DNA of 40,604 nucleotides from Burkholderiaceae bacterium (GCA_947371415.1 CANBPJ010000001.1:1-40604); one strand, 5' to 3'; shown: positions 18,478 to 28,876, counted from the stretch's first letter. Notes: generated by a model not told the origin, from the letters alone. Program-made: numbers and translations.

Positions 18478-19791
18478 ATGGACTTCATACGCAAAAATAT
18501 CTATAACCCTTTATCGCTTGGCGTTGCCTTTTTGGTCTTAGTGGGCATCCTCTTTTCGACGCTTTGGATTTTGGTTCCACCACCCCCTCGCTCTATTGAA
18601 TTGGCAACAGGTTTTCCGTCTGGCCTATACCAGCAGTTTGGGGAAAAACTGCAAAGTGAGCTTGCTCAAGAGGGCGTTTCACTCAAGCTGCGGACTACGG
18701 GTGGCACAAGTGATAACTTAGCCTTAATCAATGACCCTCATTCCGGGGTTGATTTTGCAATGGTCCAAGGTGGGGTGGCTGATATATCAAAACATCCTAA
18801 TTTGGTATCAATTGCTGGACTGTTTTATGAGCCAGTTTGGGTCTGGTATCGCGAGGGTGCCTTTAAGGGTGAAGGTGGTCGACTGAGCTTGCTGAGCCAA
18901 TTAAAGGGTAAACGCGTTTCGATCGGCAATGAGGGTAGTGGCACATTAATCTTGGCCTCTCAGTTGCTAGAGGCGAGTGGCCTGAGAGCAAAGGATTTCC
19001 ATGCTGAAAAACTAAAGCCTCTAGAGGCCTTGGAGAAGTTCAAAAAAGGTGAGTTAGATGCCGTATTTCTGGTGAGTGCTGCTGAGGCCCCGCTCGTAAA
19101 AAGTTTTTATGAAACTGCTGATATTCGCCTAATGAATTTTGAGCAGGCCGATGCTTACGTGCACCTTTTTCCATTTTTGTCTAAGGTTACGGTACCCCGA
19201 GGCGTAGTGAGTATTGCCTACGATCTTCCTAGGCAAGATATACAGGTATTGGCAGCGACGGCTACCTTAGTGGGCAGGGATGATGTCAGCCCTGCATTGG
19301 TGACGCTATTGCTTGGTGAGACCTACGATGTACTAAAGTCATATTCTTATTTGCAAAAACCAGGAGAATTTCCTTCTAGTTCAGGCTTAGATTTTCCTAT
19401 TCATGTTGACGCAGAGATTTACTTGAAGGATGGCCCATCATTTTTGCATCGCCACTTGCCATTTTGGACGGCAGTCTGGATTGGGCGTTTTGCAAAGATT
19501 GTGATTCCATTACTCGTAATTTTGATTCCACTGTTTACCTACATTCCGGCTATTAAGAATTTATTTTTGCGACTCAAACTATCTCAGGTATATGAGGAAC
19601 TCAAGGTAATCGAGAGAAACGCTTTAAATCCTGAATTAAGAGAAAAGAATTACAAAGATCTTGAAAGTATTGAGCAACGGGTTGGCAACATCAAAGTCTC
19701 CATGCTCGATGCGAAAGAGTTGTATGATTTAAAAGGGCATGTAGGGGAAGTTCGCGGAAGATTGAGCCTCCCATCTCAGGAGAAAAGATGA
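18478..19791 (+). CDS. TAXI-like solute-binding protein with N- and C-terminal transmembrane segments; start 18454 or 18478
   Basis: LATG...G.YQ.FG, T.G..DNL, DFAMVQGG, LFYEPVW, LKGKRVSIG.EGSGT; hydrophobic stretches at both ends of the binding domain. Confidence 0.8.
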   Translation: MDFIRKNIYNPLSLGVAFLVLVGILFSTLWILVPPPPRSIELATGFPSGLYQQFGEKLQSELAQEGVSLKLRTTGGTSDNLALINDPHSGVDFAMVQGGVADISKHPNLVSIAGLFYEPVWVWYREGAFKGEGGRLSLLSQLKGKRVSIGNEGSGTLILASQLLEASGLRAKDFHAEKLKPLEALEKFKKGELDAVFLVSAAEAPLVKSFYETADIRLMNFEQADAYVHLFPFLSKVTVPRGVVSIAYDLPRQDIQVLAATATLVGRDDVSPALVTLLLGETYDVLKSYSYLQKPGEFPSSSGLDFPIHVDAEIYLKDGPSFLHRHLPFWTAVWIGRFAKIVIPLLVILIPLFTYIPAIKNLFLRLKLSQVYEELKVIERNALNPELREKNYKDLESIEQRVGNIKVSMLDAKELYDLKGHVGEVRGRLSLPSQEKR

Positions 19792-20759
19792 AGCATAAGA
19801 GCATCGTTGTAATAAGTGCGCTGGTAAGCGCATGGCTTTTCTCTGTGGGCGTGCTAGCGCAGTCTTACCCCTCTAAATCTGTCGCCGTGGTTGTTCCTCA
19901 AGCCGCGGGTGGAACCAACGATATTGTTGCGCGCTTAATTGCGCCTGCGCTCGGTGAGGCTCTTGGGACCTCCATCGTGGTTGAAAATAGACCGGGTGCT
20001 GGCGGCAATATTGGGACGCAAAGCGTTGCGCGTGCCGCTAAGGATGGTTACACCCTATTGCTCACCATTAATAGCGCTCAAGCCATTAATCCCTCTTTAT
20101 ATAAGAATCCTGGATTTGACCCGATCCATGATTTTGTGCCCCTATATTATGTTGGTGCGACACCCTATGTTTTGGTATCACCACCAGGATCTCCGTACAA
20201 AACTCTGGCTGATGTTGTAGCCGCAGCCAAGAAGCGTCCCGGTGAGCTATCTTATGCTTCTGCTGGTAATGGAACGATTAGCCATCTACTTGGCGCAATG
20301 CTGAACACTAGCGCTGGCATTGAGATGCAGCACATTCCATACAAGGGTGTTGCACCGGCTATCAATGATGTCTTGGGTGGTCAGGTACCCCTAGCTTTTG
20401 CAAGCCTGCCCTCTGCATTAAATTACATTAAGGCTGGTAAGTTACAGGCAATTGCCATTAGTTCGGCTAAGCGTTCCAGTGCCGCGCCTGAGATTCCGAC
20501 AATTGCTGAAACTTATCCAGACTGTGTTGGCGAAGTGTGGGTTGCTCTTTTTGCCCCGAGTGATGTGAATTCAGAAGCTGCAAAAAAAATACAGCTAGCG
20601 ATGGGAAAAGTGCTTGCTCGTCCAGACGTGCGTGAGAAACTGAGTGCACAAGGCTTAGATCTCAGTCCTGTTGCACCCGCAAAGCTTGGCGCTTTGCTTA
20701 AGGACGAAATAGTGAAATGGGCAAAAATTGTTAAGGCGTCTGGTGCGCAACTAGATTAG
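19788..20759 (+). CDS. Bug/TctC substrate-binding protein
   Basis: YPSK.V.VVVP..AGG.ND, VENRPGAGG.IG, HIPYKG; ATGA overlap with the upstream gene. Confidence 0.92.
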   Translation: MKHKSIVVISALVSAWLFSVGVLAQSYPSKSVAVVVPQAAGGTNDIVARLIAPALGEALGTSIVVENRPGAGGNIGTQSVARAAKDGYTLLLTINSAQAINPSLYKNPGFDPIHDFVPLYYVGATPYVLVSPPGSPYKTLADVVAAAKKRPGELSYASAGNGTISHLLGAMLNTSAGIEMQHIPYKGVAPAINDVLGGQVPLAFASLPSALNYIKAGKLQAIAISSAKRSSAAPEIPTIAETYPDCVGEVWVALFAPSDVNSEAAKKIQLAMGKVLARPDVREKLSAQGLDLSPVAPAKLGALLKDEIVKWAKIVKASGAQLD

Positions 20760-20792
20760 ATTCTGATCCATTTCAGTGCTAGAAAAACAAAG

Positions 20793-21548
20793 ATGACTTT
20801 TACGAATCTGTCGCCTCCTTTAACTCCTCTTAAGGAATTGGTTCACTCTCTGCAGGGCAATGGTTTTGCCATTATTTCTGCTGAGGATGTAGCGCAAATT
20901 GCTGGGGCGCCCCTCAACCAGTTGTTAGAGCTCAATCAGTTCTGGGATGACTTGCCAAGAGATCCTTATTTAAAGGATGGTGGCCGCTACCGCTTCCGAC
21001 GTCATGCAAGTTATGAGATTAAGGGTGACGCACTGACGATGGTTCCTCATCGTGCCCATTGGCAATCAGTCGATTACAACGCCTTGCATGGTGGCATTGA
21101 GCGATGGTTTGAGCCTGCGCAGGCCCAGTTGACTGCTAAGTCTGCTTGGCAGTCCCTTTTATTGGGATTGGCTCGTGCGTTAAATGGCGTCAAACCTGCA
21201 ACTACTTGGTTTGTTGAGGCACATCAATTCCGGATTGATACAACCGATGGCATTGGGAGACCAACGCCTGAGGGTGCGCACCGTGACGGTGTAAATTTTG
21301 TAGCCGTCTTTTTGCTCAATCGAGTCGGCATTAAAGGTGGCGAGACTCGCATATTTAAAGCTGGCGGCTCGGCAGGCTTGAGGTTTACGTTAACTCAACC
21401 TTGGTCTTTGTTGCTCATGAATGACGAAAGAATGATTCATGAATCGACCCCAATACAGCCATTAGGGCCTCACGGCTACAGGGATACCCTAGTACTTACT
21501 TTTCGCTCTAATGGCTTTCAGGATTCGCCAAATCACAGTCAGCAGTGA
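20793..21548 (+). CDS. 2OG-Fe(II) dioxygenase (2OG-Fe_Oxy_2/BsmA-like family)
   Basis: D.YL.DGG.YRFRR, YN.LHGGI.R.F, HQFRI, PEGAHRDG (HxD), distal H in IHESTP, RDTLV. Confidence 0.85.
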   Translation: MTFTNLSPPLTPLKELVHSLQGNGFAIISAEDVAQIAGAPLNQLLELNQFWDDLPRDPYLKDGGRYRFRRHASYEIKGDALTMVPHRAHWQSVDYNALHGGIERWFEPAQAQLTAKSAWQSLLLGLARALNGVKPATTWFVEAHQFRIDTTDGIGRPTPEGAHRDGVNFVAVFLLNRVGIKGGETRIFKAGGSAGLRFTLTQPWSLLLMNDERMIHESTPIQPLGPHGYRDTLVLTFRSNGFQDSPNHSQQ

Positions 21549-21601
21549 GCCTTATTCGTGCCAATGGGCGAGTAGAATGGCTAATCTTTTGGTAAGTTCC
21601 T

Positions 21602-22846
21602 ATGCGTTTTAAGCCCACTGGTTACACACCCCTCATGCTCATGGCGCAAACTTGCGCACTGCTAGGTTTTGCTTGTTATGCCGTAGTGTTAACGACCTTG
21701 CAAGATGAATGGCATCTGAGTAATTTGCAGTCAGGCTTAATCGCCAGCGCATTTTTCTTCGGCTATATGCTGATGGTTCCTCTGGCGACTGCATTGACGG
21801 ATCGTCTTGATGCAAAAAAAGTCTATCTTGTCGGTGGACTCTTAGCTACTTGCGGCTTGCTAGGAATGGGTCTCTTTGCCTATAACTTCTGGACTGCCTT
21901 AATATTTATGGCCCTCAATGGTGCGGGATTAGCGGGTACCTATATGCCAGGTCTGAAGATCCTTTCTGACCGAATCAAGACGGGCGAACTTACACGGCAT
22001 ATTGCTTTCTATACCGCTTTTTTTGGAATTGGTACTGGCTTTTCGTATTTATGCTCGGGGTGGATATTGCATGCGCTAGGTTGGCGATATGTTTTCGGAC
22101 TCATTGCCTTGGGCCCCTTCAGCGCCTTCTTGATTGTGCTGTTGTTTATTCCCGCACTCGCTCATGAGAAATGGCATGGGCCTATTCAGATCCGATTGCG
22201 CGATATTTTTCCTGTCGATAAATGGCGTTTGGTTCTGCAAGATAAAACTGCCTCCGGATTTATTTTTGGTTATACCGCCCACTCTATTGAGTTGTTTGCA
22301 TCCCGCAGTTGGATCGTGGCTTTTTTTGGTTTTTGCGCGATTGCTTCGGGCGAACCATTTTTATTGACCGCTACTACGCTTGCGGGTGTGATTAATTTCT
22401 TTGGTGTTCCCTCATCCATTCTCGGAAATGAAATTGCTTTAAAAATTGGCCGTCAAAAATGGATTTGTTTTGTCATGCTCTCAAGCGCGGTGCTTGGGGT
22501 TACGCTGGCTTTATCGACAGGGCAGTCTTGGTGGTTAATTGTTGCTTTAGCGGTTGGGCATGCGATGTTCATCATGGCTGACTCAGCCACCCTTACTGCT
22601 GGCTTGGTGGTGAGCGCTCAAGAAAATATCAAGGGTGCTGCGATGGGTCTGCATTCTTTAATGGGTTTTGGAGGGGGTCTGCTAGGCCCTGCTATCTTTG
22701 GGTTTGTCCTTGATTTGACGGGTTCGCGTACCTCTCAAGGTTCTTGGGTTTGGGCTTATGCAGCTGTAGTGATCTGGGGGGTCTTATTTGTGGGCTACGA
22801 GCGCCGCAATGGTTGGGTGAGCAAGTCTCTAGTGCGCAATCAATAA
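21602..22846 (+). CDS. MFS transporter
   Basis: About 12 hydrophobic segments, LTDR.D motif A, YMPGLK, GAAMG.HS. Confidence 0.88.
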   Translation: MRFKPTGYTPLMLMAQTCALLGFACYAVVLTTLQDEWHLSNLQSGLIASAFFFGYMLMVPLATALTDRLDAKKVYLVGGLLATCGLLGMGLFAYNFWTALIFMALNGAGLAGTYMPGLKILSDRIKTGELTRHIAFYTAFFGIGTGFSYLCSGWILHALGWRYVFGLIALGPFSAFLIVLLFIPALAHEKWHGPIQIRLRDIFPVDKWRLVLQDKTASGFIFGYTAHSIELFASRSWIVAFFGFCAIASGEPFLLTATTLAGVINFFGVPSSILGNEIALKIGRQKWICFVMLSSAVLGVTLALSTGQSWWLIVALAVGHAMFIMADSATLTAGLVVSAQENIKGAAMGLHSLMGFGGGLLGPAIFGFVLDLTGSRTSQGSWVWAYAAVVIWGVLFVGYERRNGWVSKSLVRNQ

Positions 22847-22852
22847 CTTTCG

Positions 22853-25291
22853 ATGAACTCCAGCCTCCCCAACAATAGTTGCTATCACTGCGGGAGTTTT
22901 ATTCTGCCTGGTGACTCCTATGACGCAGAGTTGAGTGGTCTTCCGAGAAAATTTTGTTGTGCGGGTTGCATGGCAATCGCACAAACCATTCATGGTGAAG
23001 GTCTTGAGGTGTTTTATGCACGTCGTGCACAGTCAAGTGATAAGCCTGCTGCTTATCTTGCTTCGAATGACATCCCGGAAAATCTTGCACCCTATGATGA
23101 CCCTTCTCTATTGGGGCGCTACACCCGCCCTAGCGGTGTAGAGGGAAACTTAGAAACTACTTTACGACTTGAAAAGATTCGCTGTGCAGCTTGTGTGTGG
23201 TTATGTGAGCAACACTTACGTCGTATACCTGGCGTTAAAGATGTGCAAATTAATTACGTAAGCCAAAAATTAAAGGCTGAGTTTTCACCTCAGCAAACTA
23301 GTTTGGCACGCCTGTTATTTGAAGTCGAGAGAATTGGTTACGAGGCCTGGCCTTTCGAACCTTCTTTGTCTATTGAGAGATCAAAAAAAGAACGCCGTCA
23401 ATTGCTGACAAGGCTTGGCGTTGCTATGCTGGGCATGATGCAGGTCATGATGTACGCATGGCCATCGTACGTTGGCGAAAGCGATATTACCGCTGAGTAT
23501 GACTTGCTTTTGGGTTGGGCTAGTTGGGTTTTAACCGTCCCTGTAATGGTGTACTCGGCTGGGCCGATATTTCAATCGGCATGGCGAAGTGTTGCCACAT
23601 TTCGTCAGACGCAGATGTTGGGGATGGATGTTCCAATCGCTTTGGCATTGGCGCTGGCATTTTTTGCGGGTACGGTAAATCTAGCGACAGGGTCGGGGCA
23701 GGGTTACTTCGATTCCATCACCATGTTTATTGCATTTATTTTGGCAGCGCGCTATGTAGAGTTACTCGCTCGACAAGATGCTCAGGGCGGTGCTGAAGCT
23801 TTAGCAAAGCAATTGCCCGCAACTTGCGAGCGCATGCCAAACTATCCATCGTCACAACAGGTGGAAATTGTTCCGGTAGTCAATTGCAATCCAGGTGAGG
23901 TTTTGCGTGTATCGCCTGGCGATATAGTGCCAGCTGACGGCATCTTGATCGAATGCGAGAGTGCTCTCGATGAATCGTTGTTGACCGGTGAATCAAAGCC
24001 GATTGATAAGAAAATCGGCGATCGAGTTTATGCGGGCACGCATAATATTCTGAACCCTTTGCTGATGAGAGTCGATGCGGTTGGGCAATCTACGCGCATC
24101 GCTGGGATTGCCTCTTTACTGGATCAAGCATTGCAAGCCAAACCGCTGATGGTAAGTCTCGCAGAAAAGTGGGCCGGATATTTTGTCGGATTTTTATTGT
24201 TGAGTGCTTTTATTTCGTCGGCTATTTGGCTGTATGTTGATTCCAGTAAAGCATGGACAGTGCTTGTTTCGGTATTGGTTGCGAGTTGTCCTTGTGCCTT
24301 ATCTCTTGCCGTGCCGACGGCGATGGCTGCGGCTCAAGGTGCAGTAACAAAATTAGGTTTGCTCATTGTGCGTGGCCATGTCTTGGAGGCTTTAGTCAAA
24401 GCCACCGACTTGGTGCTCGATAAAACAGGGACTCTGACGATGGGTCAGCCAGAGTTGAAAGAGATATTCATTGCTCGCCCTGAATTTTCTCGATCAGATG
24501 TACTTATTCTTGCGGCGTCAATGGAGGCGGGGCAGAAACACCCCTTGGCATTGTCTTTATTACGCGCTGCTGCAGCTGACAATCTCTCACCCTCCACCTT
24601 ACCGGAGCCTATTGGCAATCAACTAGGTAAGGGTCTTAGCTCTGGGGTATATCGGCTAGGTAGTGCCGCTTGGGTGGGCGCTCAAGCAATTGCTCAAGAA
24701 GGTCAATATGGGCAAGTCCATTTGGCGGATGACAAAGGCTTGATTGCGAGTTTTATCTTCTTAGATACGCCAAGGGCAGGGCTGAAACAATTATTAGCGG
24801 CCGCACGGTCTAGAAAGATCACCGTGCACTTAGTATCTGGAGATGATCCCGCTACGGTTGCTTGGTGGGCTCAAGAGTTTGGTATTGGCCTTTTTCAAGG
24901 GGGCTGCTCTCCGGAAGATAAATTCCACTACATTGAGCGCTTACAAAAAGCAGATCATTTCGTCTGGGCTATTGGAGATGGCATTAACGATGCGCCTTTG
25001 TTGGCTAGAGCGGATGTCTCGATTGCCGTTGGAGCTGGCGCACCTCTCGCAACAGCAGGTGCGGATGCGATTTTGACCGCGAATTCGTTGGCGCCTTTGG
25101 CAAGAACATTAGTTTTGGCCGACAAGACTCAACTAATCATTAAAGAAAATTTGATTTGGGCGCTGGTCTACAACCTCCTAGCTATCCCAGCGGCAATGAT
25201 GGGCTGGGTCAATCCTTGGGTTGCAGGGATCGGGATGTCTTTGTCATCCCTTGCGGTCACGTTAAATGCTTGGCGTCTCAGAAAGGCCTAG
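22853..25291 (+). CDS. ccoI: Copper-translocating P1B ATPase CcoI/FixI
   Basis: CYHC..FCCAGC, CAAC HMA, TGES, CPCAL, DKTGT, GDGINDAP, YN/M.LSS; adjacent to ccoS. Confidence 0.92.
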   Translation: MNSSLPNNSCYHCGSFILPGDSYDAELSGLPRKFCCAGCMAIAQTIHGEGLEVFYARRAQSSDKPAAYLASNDIPENLAPYDDPSLLGRYTRPSGVEGNLETTLRLEKIRCAACVWLCEQHLRRIPGVKDVQINYVSQKLKAEFSPQQTSLARLLFEVERIGYEAWPFEPSLSIERSKKERRQLLTRLGVAMLGMMQVMMYAWPSYVGESDITAEYDLLLGWASWVLTVPVMVYSAGPIFQSAWRSVATFRQTQMLGMDVPIALALALAFFAGTVNLATGSGQGYFDSITMFIAFILAARYVELLARQDAQGGAEALAKQLPATCERMPNYPSSQQVEIVPVVNCNPGEVLRVSPGDIVPADGILIECESALDESLLTGESKPIDKKIGDRVYAGTHNILNPLLMRVDAVGQSTRIAGIASLLDQALQAKPLMVSLAEKWAGYFVGFLLLSAFISSAIWLYVDSSKAWTVLVSVLVASCPCALSLAVPTAMAAAQGAVTKLGLLIVRGHVLEALVKATDLVLDKTGTLTMGQPELKEIFIARPEFSRSDVLILAASMEAGQKHPLALSLLRAAAADNLSPSTLPEPIGNQLGKGLSSGVYRLGSAAWVGAQAIAQEGQYGQVHLADDKGLIASFIFLDTPRAGLKQLLAAARSRKITVHLVSGDDPATVAWWAQEFGIGLFQGGCSPEDKFHYIERLQKADHFVWAIGDGINDAPLLARADVSIAVGAGAPLATAGADAILTANSLAPLARTLVLADKTQLIIKENLIWALVYNLLAIPAAMMGWVNPWVAGIGMSLSSLAVTLNAWRLRKA

Positions 25292-25300
25292 ACTAGAGGC

Positions 25301-25480
25301 ATGGAAAGCCTTTTTCTCTTAATCCCTATTTCTCTAGCCTTAATCGGCCTGTTGGCGTGGATTTTCTACTGGTCCGTAAAGGCGGGTCAGTTTGATGATT
25401 TGGAAGGTCCAGGCGAGGCGATTTTGATGGACGATGATACGCCAAAACCTATAAATGTTAGTGAACACTCTCAAAAATGA
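25301..25480 (+). CDS. ccoS: cbb3 oxidase assembly protein CcoS (59 aa, absent from the ORF track)
   Basis: Manual translation MESLFLLIPISLALIGLLAWIFYWSVKAGQFDDLEGPGEAILMDDD...QK*, with the GQFDDL motif. Confidence 0.93.
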   Translation: MESLFLLIPISLALIGLLAWIFYWSVKAGQFDDLEGPGEAILMDDDTPKPINVSEHSQK

Positions 25481-25554
25481 CCTTATATCTCATTAAGATG
25501 GCGATATCCCGCGCTTAAAAGAATGGTAAATAAGCGTAAATGCACGCATCCTTT

Positions 25555-25596
25555 TTGATATAGATCAAAACGACCCATTGGGCTTACTTTGATAAT
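25555..25596 (+). promoter_or_regulatory. Class II FNR-dependent promoter of ccoNOQP
   Basis: Perfect FNR box TTGAT-ATAG-ATCAA (25555-25568) and -10 GATAAT (25591-25596), which places the box centre at -41.5. Confidence 0.9.
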
Positions 25597-25650
25597 GGCT
25601 TCAGTCTATTCGGATTATGTCGCTGTTTGGTCACCAAAAAAGGAGAAACC

Positions 25651-27090
25651 ATGGGACTTACCGTGGGGAACAATCAAGATACCTTCAACTACAAGGTAGT
25701 CAGCCAATTTGCCATTGTTACGGTGCTTTGGGGAATTGTGGGCATGCTGGTGGGAGTGATCCTCGCTGCGCAGCTCATTTGGCCTGAAATCACTTTCAAC
25801 ATTCCTTGGTTAAGTTATGGTCGCTTGCGTCCTTTGCATACTAATGCTGTGATTTTTGCCTTTGGTGGTTCGGCGCTATTTGCTACGTCTTACTACATCG
25901 TGCAGCGCACCTGTCAGGCGAGACTCTTTTGCGACAAGTTGGCTGCATTCACTTTCTGGGGTTGGCAGGCTGTCATCGTTTTGGCTGCCGTGACATTGCC
26001 GCTGGGTATCAGCACCTCTAAAGAGTATGCAGAGTTAGAGTGGCCAATTGATATCTTAATAACCTTAGTTTGGGTTGCTTATGCAGTGGTGTTCTTCGGT
26101 ACCATCATGAAGCGCAAAACTAAACATATTTATGTTTCGAATTGGTTTTTTGGTGCCTATATCCTCACCATTGCTATTCTGCATATCTTTAATAACTTAG
26201 AAATGCCAGCAAGCTTGTGGAAGTCTTATTCTGCTTATGCAGGCGTGCAAGATGCGATGGTGCAGTGGTGGTATGGTCACAATGCGGTAGGCTTCTTCTT
26301 GACTACCAGTTTCTTGGGCATGATGTACTACTTCATTCCTAAGCAAGCTGAGCGTCCAATCTACTCTTATCGTTTGTCCATCGTCCACTTTTGGGCTTTG
26401 AACTTCACGTATATGTGGGCGGGTCCTCATCATCTACAACACACTTCATTGCCTGATTGGACTCAATCATTGGGTATGGTGTTCTCCTTGATTTTGTTGG
26501 CTCCATCATGGGGCGGCATGATCAACGGCATCATGACTTTATCTGGCGCATGGCATAAATTACGTCGTGATCCAATCTTGAAATTCTTAGTAGTGGCATT
26601 GTCCTTCTACGGCATGTCTACATTCGAAGGTTCCATGATGTCCATTAAGACTGTAAATAGCTTGTCTCATTACACGGACTGGACGATCGGCCACGTGCAC
26701 TCAGGTGCTCTGGGCTGGGTTGCCATGATTACCATTGGGTCTTTGTACTATCTCATCCCGCGCTTAGTTGGTCAGAAAGATATGTACAGCACGCGTTTAA
26801 TCGAAGTGCATTTCTGGATCGCAACGATTGGTGTGGTGATTTATATCGCCGCAATGTGGATTGCCGGAGTGATGCAAGGTTTGATGTGGAGGGCTTTCGA
26901 GCCAGACGGCACCTTGACTTATAGCTTTGTGGAATCAGTTAAAGCAACTTATCCCTTCTATGTGATTCGTTTGTTAGGCGGCCTCTGCTACTTAAGCGGT
27001 ATGTTCGTGATGACTTACAACGTCTTTAAGACAGTGCAAGGCAAAACCTTTATTAATGCGCCAATTCCATTGGCAAATAACAATTACTAA
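25651..27090 (+). CDS. ccoN: cbb3-type cytochrome c oxidase subunit I
   Basis: [31 protein letters not shown]; ATG 25651 follows AGGAG. Confidence 0.97.
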   Translation: MGLTVGNNQDTFNYKVVSQFAIVTVLWGIVGMLVGVILAAQLIWPEITFNIPWLSYGRLRPLHTNAVIFAFGGSALFATSYYIVQRTCQARLFCDKLAAFTFWGWQAVIVLAAVTLPLGISTSKEYAELEWPIDILITLVWVAYAVVFFGTIMKRKTKHIYVSNWFFGAYILTIAILHIFNNLEMPASLWKSYSAYAGVQDAMVQWWYGHNAVGFFLTTSFLGMMYYFIPKQAERPIYSYRLSIVHFWALNFTYMWAGPHHLQHTSLPDWTQSLGMVFSLILLAPSWGGMINGIMTLSGAWHKLRRDPILKFLVVALSFYGMSTFEGSMMSIKTVNSLSHYTDWTIGHVHSGALGWVAMITIGSLYYLIPRLVGQKDMYSTRLIEVHFWIATIGVVIYIAAMWIAGVMQGLMWRAFEPDGTLTYSFVESVKATYPFYVIRLLGGLCYLSGMFVMTYNVFKTVQGKTFINAPIPLANNNY

Positions 27091-27102
27091 GAGGAGAAGA
27101 AA

Positions 27103-27753
27103 ATGTCTAGTGAAAATAAATTCTTTTCCCATGGAACACTTGAGAAGAACGTTGGCTGGTTAATTATTGCCACGATCGTAGTGGTTTCCATTGCTGGATT
27201 AGTTCAAATTGTTCCGCTGTTCTTTCAGCACACCACAACTGAGCCAAGTCCTGGGGTAGTGCCATATACGGCGTTACGTTTGGCTGGCCGAGATGTATAT
27301 CAGCGCGAAGGTTGTGTTGGTTGCCATTCTCAGCAGATTCGTACCTTGCGCTCAGAAGTCGAACGTTATGGCCCTTATTCCCTCGCTGGTGAGTCTGTAT
27401 ATGACCATCCATTCTTGTGGGGCAGTAAGCGTACTGGTCCTGATTTAGCTCGTGTTGGCGGTCGCTACTCTGATGCCTGGCACCAGATTCACCTCAATAA
27501 TCCACGTGATGTGGTGCCTGAGTCCAATATGCCAGGATATCCTTGGCTGCAGAAGAATGCTGCCGATACTTCCTCGATTCAGTCGCACATGGTTGCAATG
27601 CGTCGACTGGGAGTGCCTTATACCGATGAAGATATTGCTAATGCGCCTAAGGAGTTAGAAGGCAAGACTGAGATGGATGCATTGGTTGCATATCTGCAAG
27701 GTTTAGGTATTTCGCGTCGATACATCACTGTTGACGAAGTAGTGGCGAAGTAA
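27103..27753 (+). CDS. ccoO: cbb3-type oxidase subunit II (monoheme c)
   Basis: [23 protein letters not shown]. Confidence 0.97.
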   Translation: MSSENKFFSHGTLEKNVGWLIIATIVVVSIAGLVQIVPLFFQHTTTEPSPGVVPYTALRLAGRDVYQREGCVGCHSQQIRTLRSEVERYGPYSLAGESVYDHPFLWGSKRTGPDLARVGGRYSDAWHQIHLNNPRDVVPESNMPGYPWLQKNAADTSSIQSHMVAMRRLGVPYTDEDIANAPKELEGKTEMDALVAYLQGLGISRRYITVDEVVAK

Positions 27754-27788
27754 TTACCAAGGTTATTAATTAAAACTATATAAATCAA

Positions 27789-27956
27789 ATGGAACTGATC
27801 ACACCTTATCTCTCTGCATTTTCAACAGTAATAGGCCTCCTCTTTTTTGTTGGGATTGTTTGGTGGGCATGGTCTCCGAGTAGGCAGCTGGCTAACGAGG
27901 AGTCAGCCGAGCTTCCATTTGATCTTCCAGATGAATTTAGTAAGGACAAATCATGA
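27789..27956 (+). CDS. ccoQ: cbb3-type oxidase subunit CcoQ (55 aa, absent from the ORF track)
   Basis: Manual translation MELITPYLSAFSTVIGLLFFVGIVWWAWSPSRQLANEESAELPFDLPDEFSKDKS*; ATGA overlap with ccoP. Confidence 0.92.
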   Translation: MELITPYLSAFSTVIGLLFFVGIVWWAWSPSRQLANEESAELPFDLPDEFSKDKS

Positions 27957-28873
27957 GTGACTTTTTCAGTAGCGGTTGGAGTAATTACATCGCACTCGTT
28001 TCATTGGTCGGTATTGTTTGGTGTATCTGGCTGCTGTTTTCGCAGCGCAAGGCTAAGGTAATCCATACAGCCGACGGTGCGGTTGCCGATACGGGCCATG
28101 TTTGGGACGGCGATTTGCGTGAGCTCAACAATCCATTGCCACGTTGGTGGATGTGGATGTTCTTGTTGTCATGCATTTTTGCTTTGGTTTACCTTGCTCT
28201 CTACCCAGGCTTGGGCTCATACCCTGGTATCTTGGGCTACAGCACTGATGGTGCGCTCATGAGTTCGATGACTAACGCTAATGATGAGTTGAAGCCTGTT
28301 TATGCCAAGTACGTCAAGATGGACGTTGAGCAGGCCGCCGCAGATCCAAAGGCGCGTGAAATGGGTCAACGCTTGTTCTTAAACTCCTGCGCTCAGTGTC
28401 ATGGATCAGATGCTGGTGGCTCTAAAGGCTTCCCGAATTTGACTGACGGCGACTGGCTTTATGGTGGCTCCCCGGAAAATATTAAGACCAGCATTGTGAA
28501 TGGTCGCGGTGGTGTGATGCCTCCGTTCCCACAGTTAGATGGCAAGCAAATTGTGGATGTTGCGAATTATGTTCGCAGCCTCTCTGGCTTGCCAGTAGAT
28601 GATTTGAAAGCTGCTCGCGGCGCAGAGGTATTCAAAGCTAACTGTGTAGCTTGCCACGGCGCAGATGGCAAGGGCAATATTGTGTTGGGCGCACCAAATT
28701 TGACTGACAAGACTTGGTTATACGGTGGCTCAGAGGCAAGCATTGTTGAGACGCTTACTAAGGGTCGCATGGCGATGATGCCTGCTCAAGACAAAGTGCT
28801 TAGTCCTGAGAAGATTCACCTCTTGACTGCCTATGTTTGGGGTTTATCAAATAATCAATCTGCGGCTAAGTAA
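27953..28873 (+). CDS. ccoP: cbb3-type oxidase subunit III (diheme c)
   Basis: TGHVWDG.L.ELNNPLPRWW, CAQCH, CVACH. Confidence 0.97.
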   Translation: MSDFFSSGWSNYIALVSLVGIVWCIWLLFSQRKAKVIHTADGAVADTGHVWDGDLRELNNPLPRWWMWMFLLSCIFALVYLALYPGLGSYPGILGYSTDGALMSSMTNANDELKPVYAKYVKMDVEQAAADPKAREMGQRLFLNSCAQCHGSDAGGSKGFPNLTDGDWLYGGSPENIKTSIVNGRGGVMPPFPQLDGKQIVDVANYVRSLSGLPVDDLKAARGAEVFKANCVACHGADGKGNIVLGAPNLTDKTWLYGGSEASIVETLTKGRMAMMPAQDKVLSPEKIHLLTAYVWGLSNNQSAAK

Positions 28874-28876
28874 TTA

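Noticed and set aside
25627-25650. ORF-track upstream TTG start for ccoN
   Set aside because: ATG 25651 has a strong AGGAG SD, which lies inside the proposed extension.
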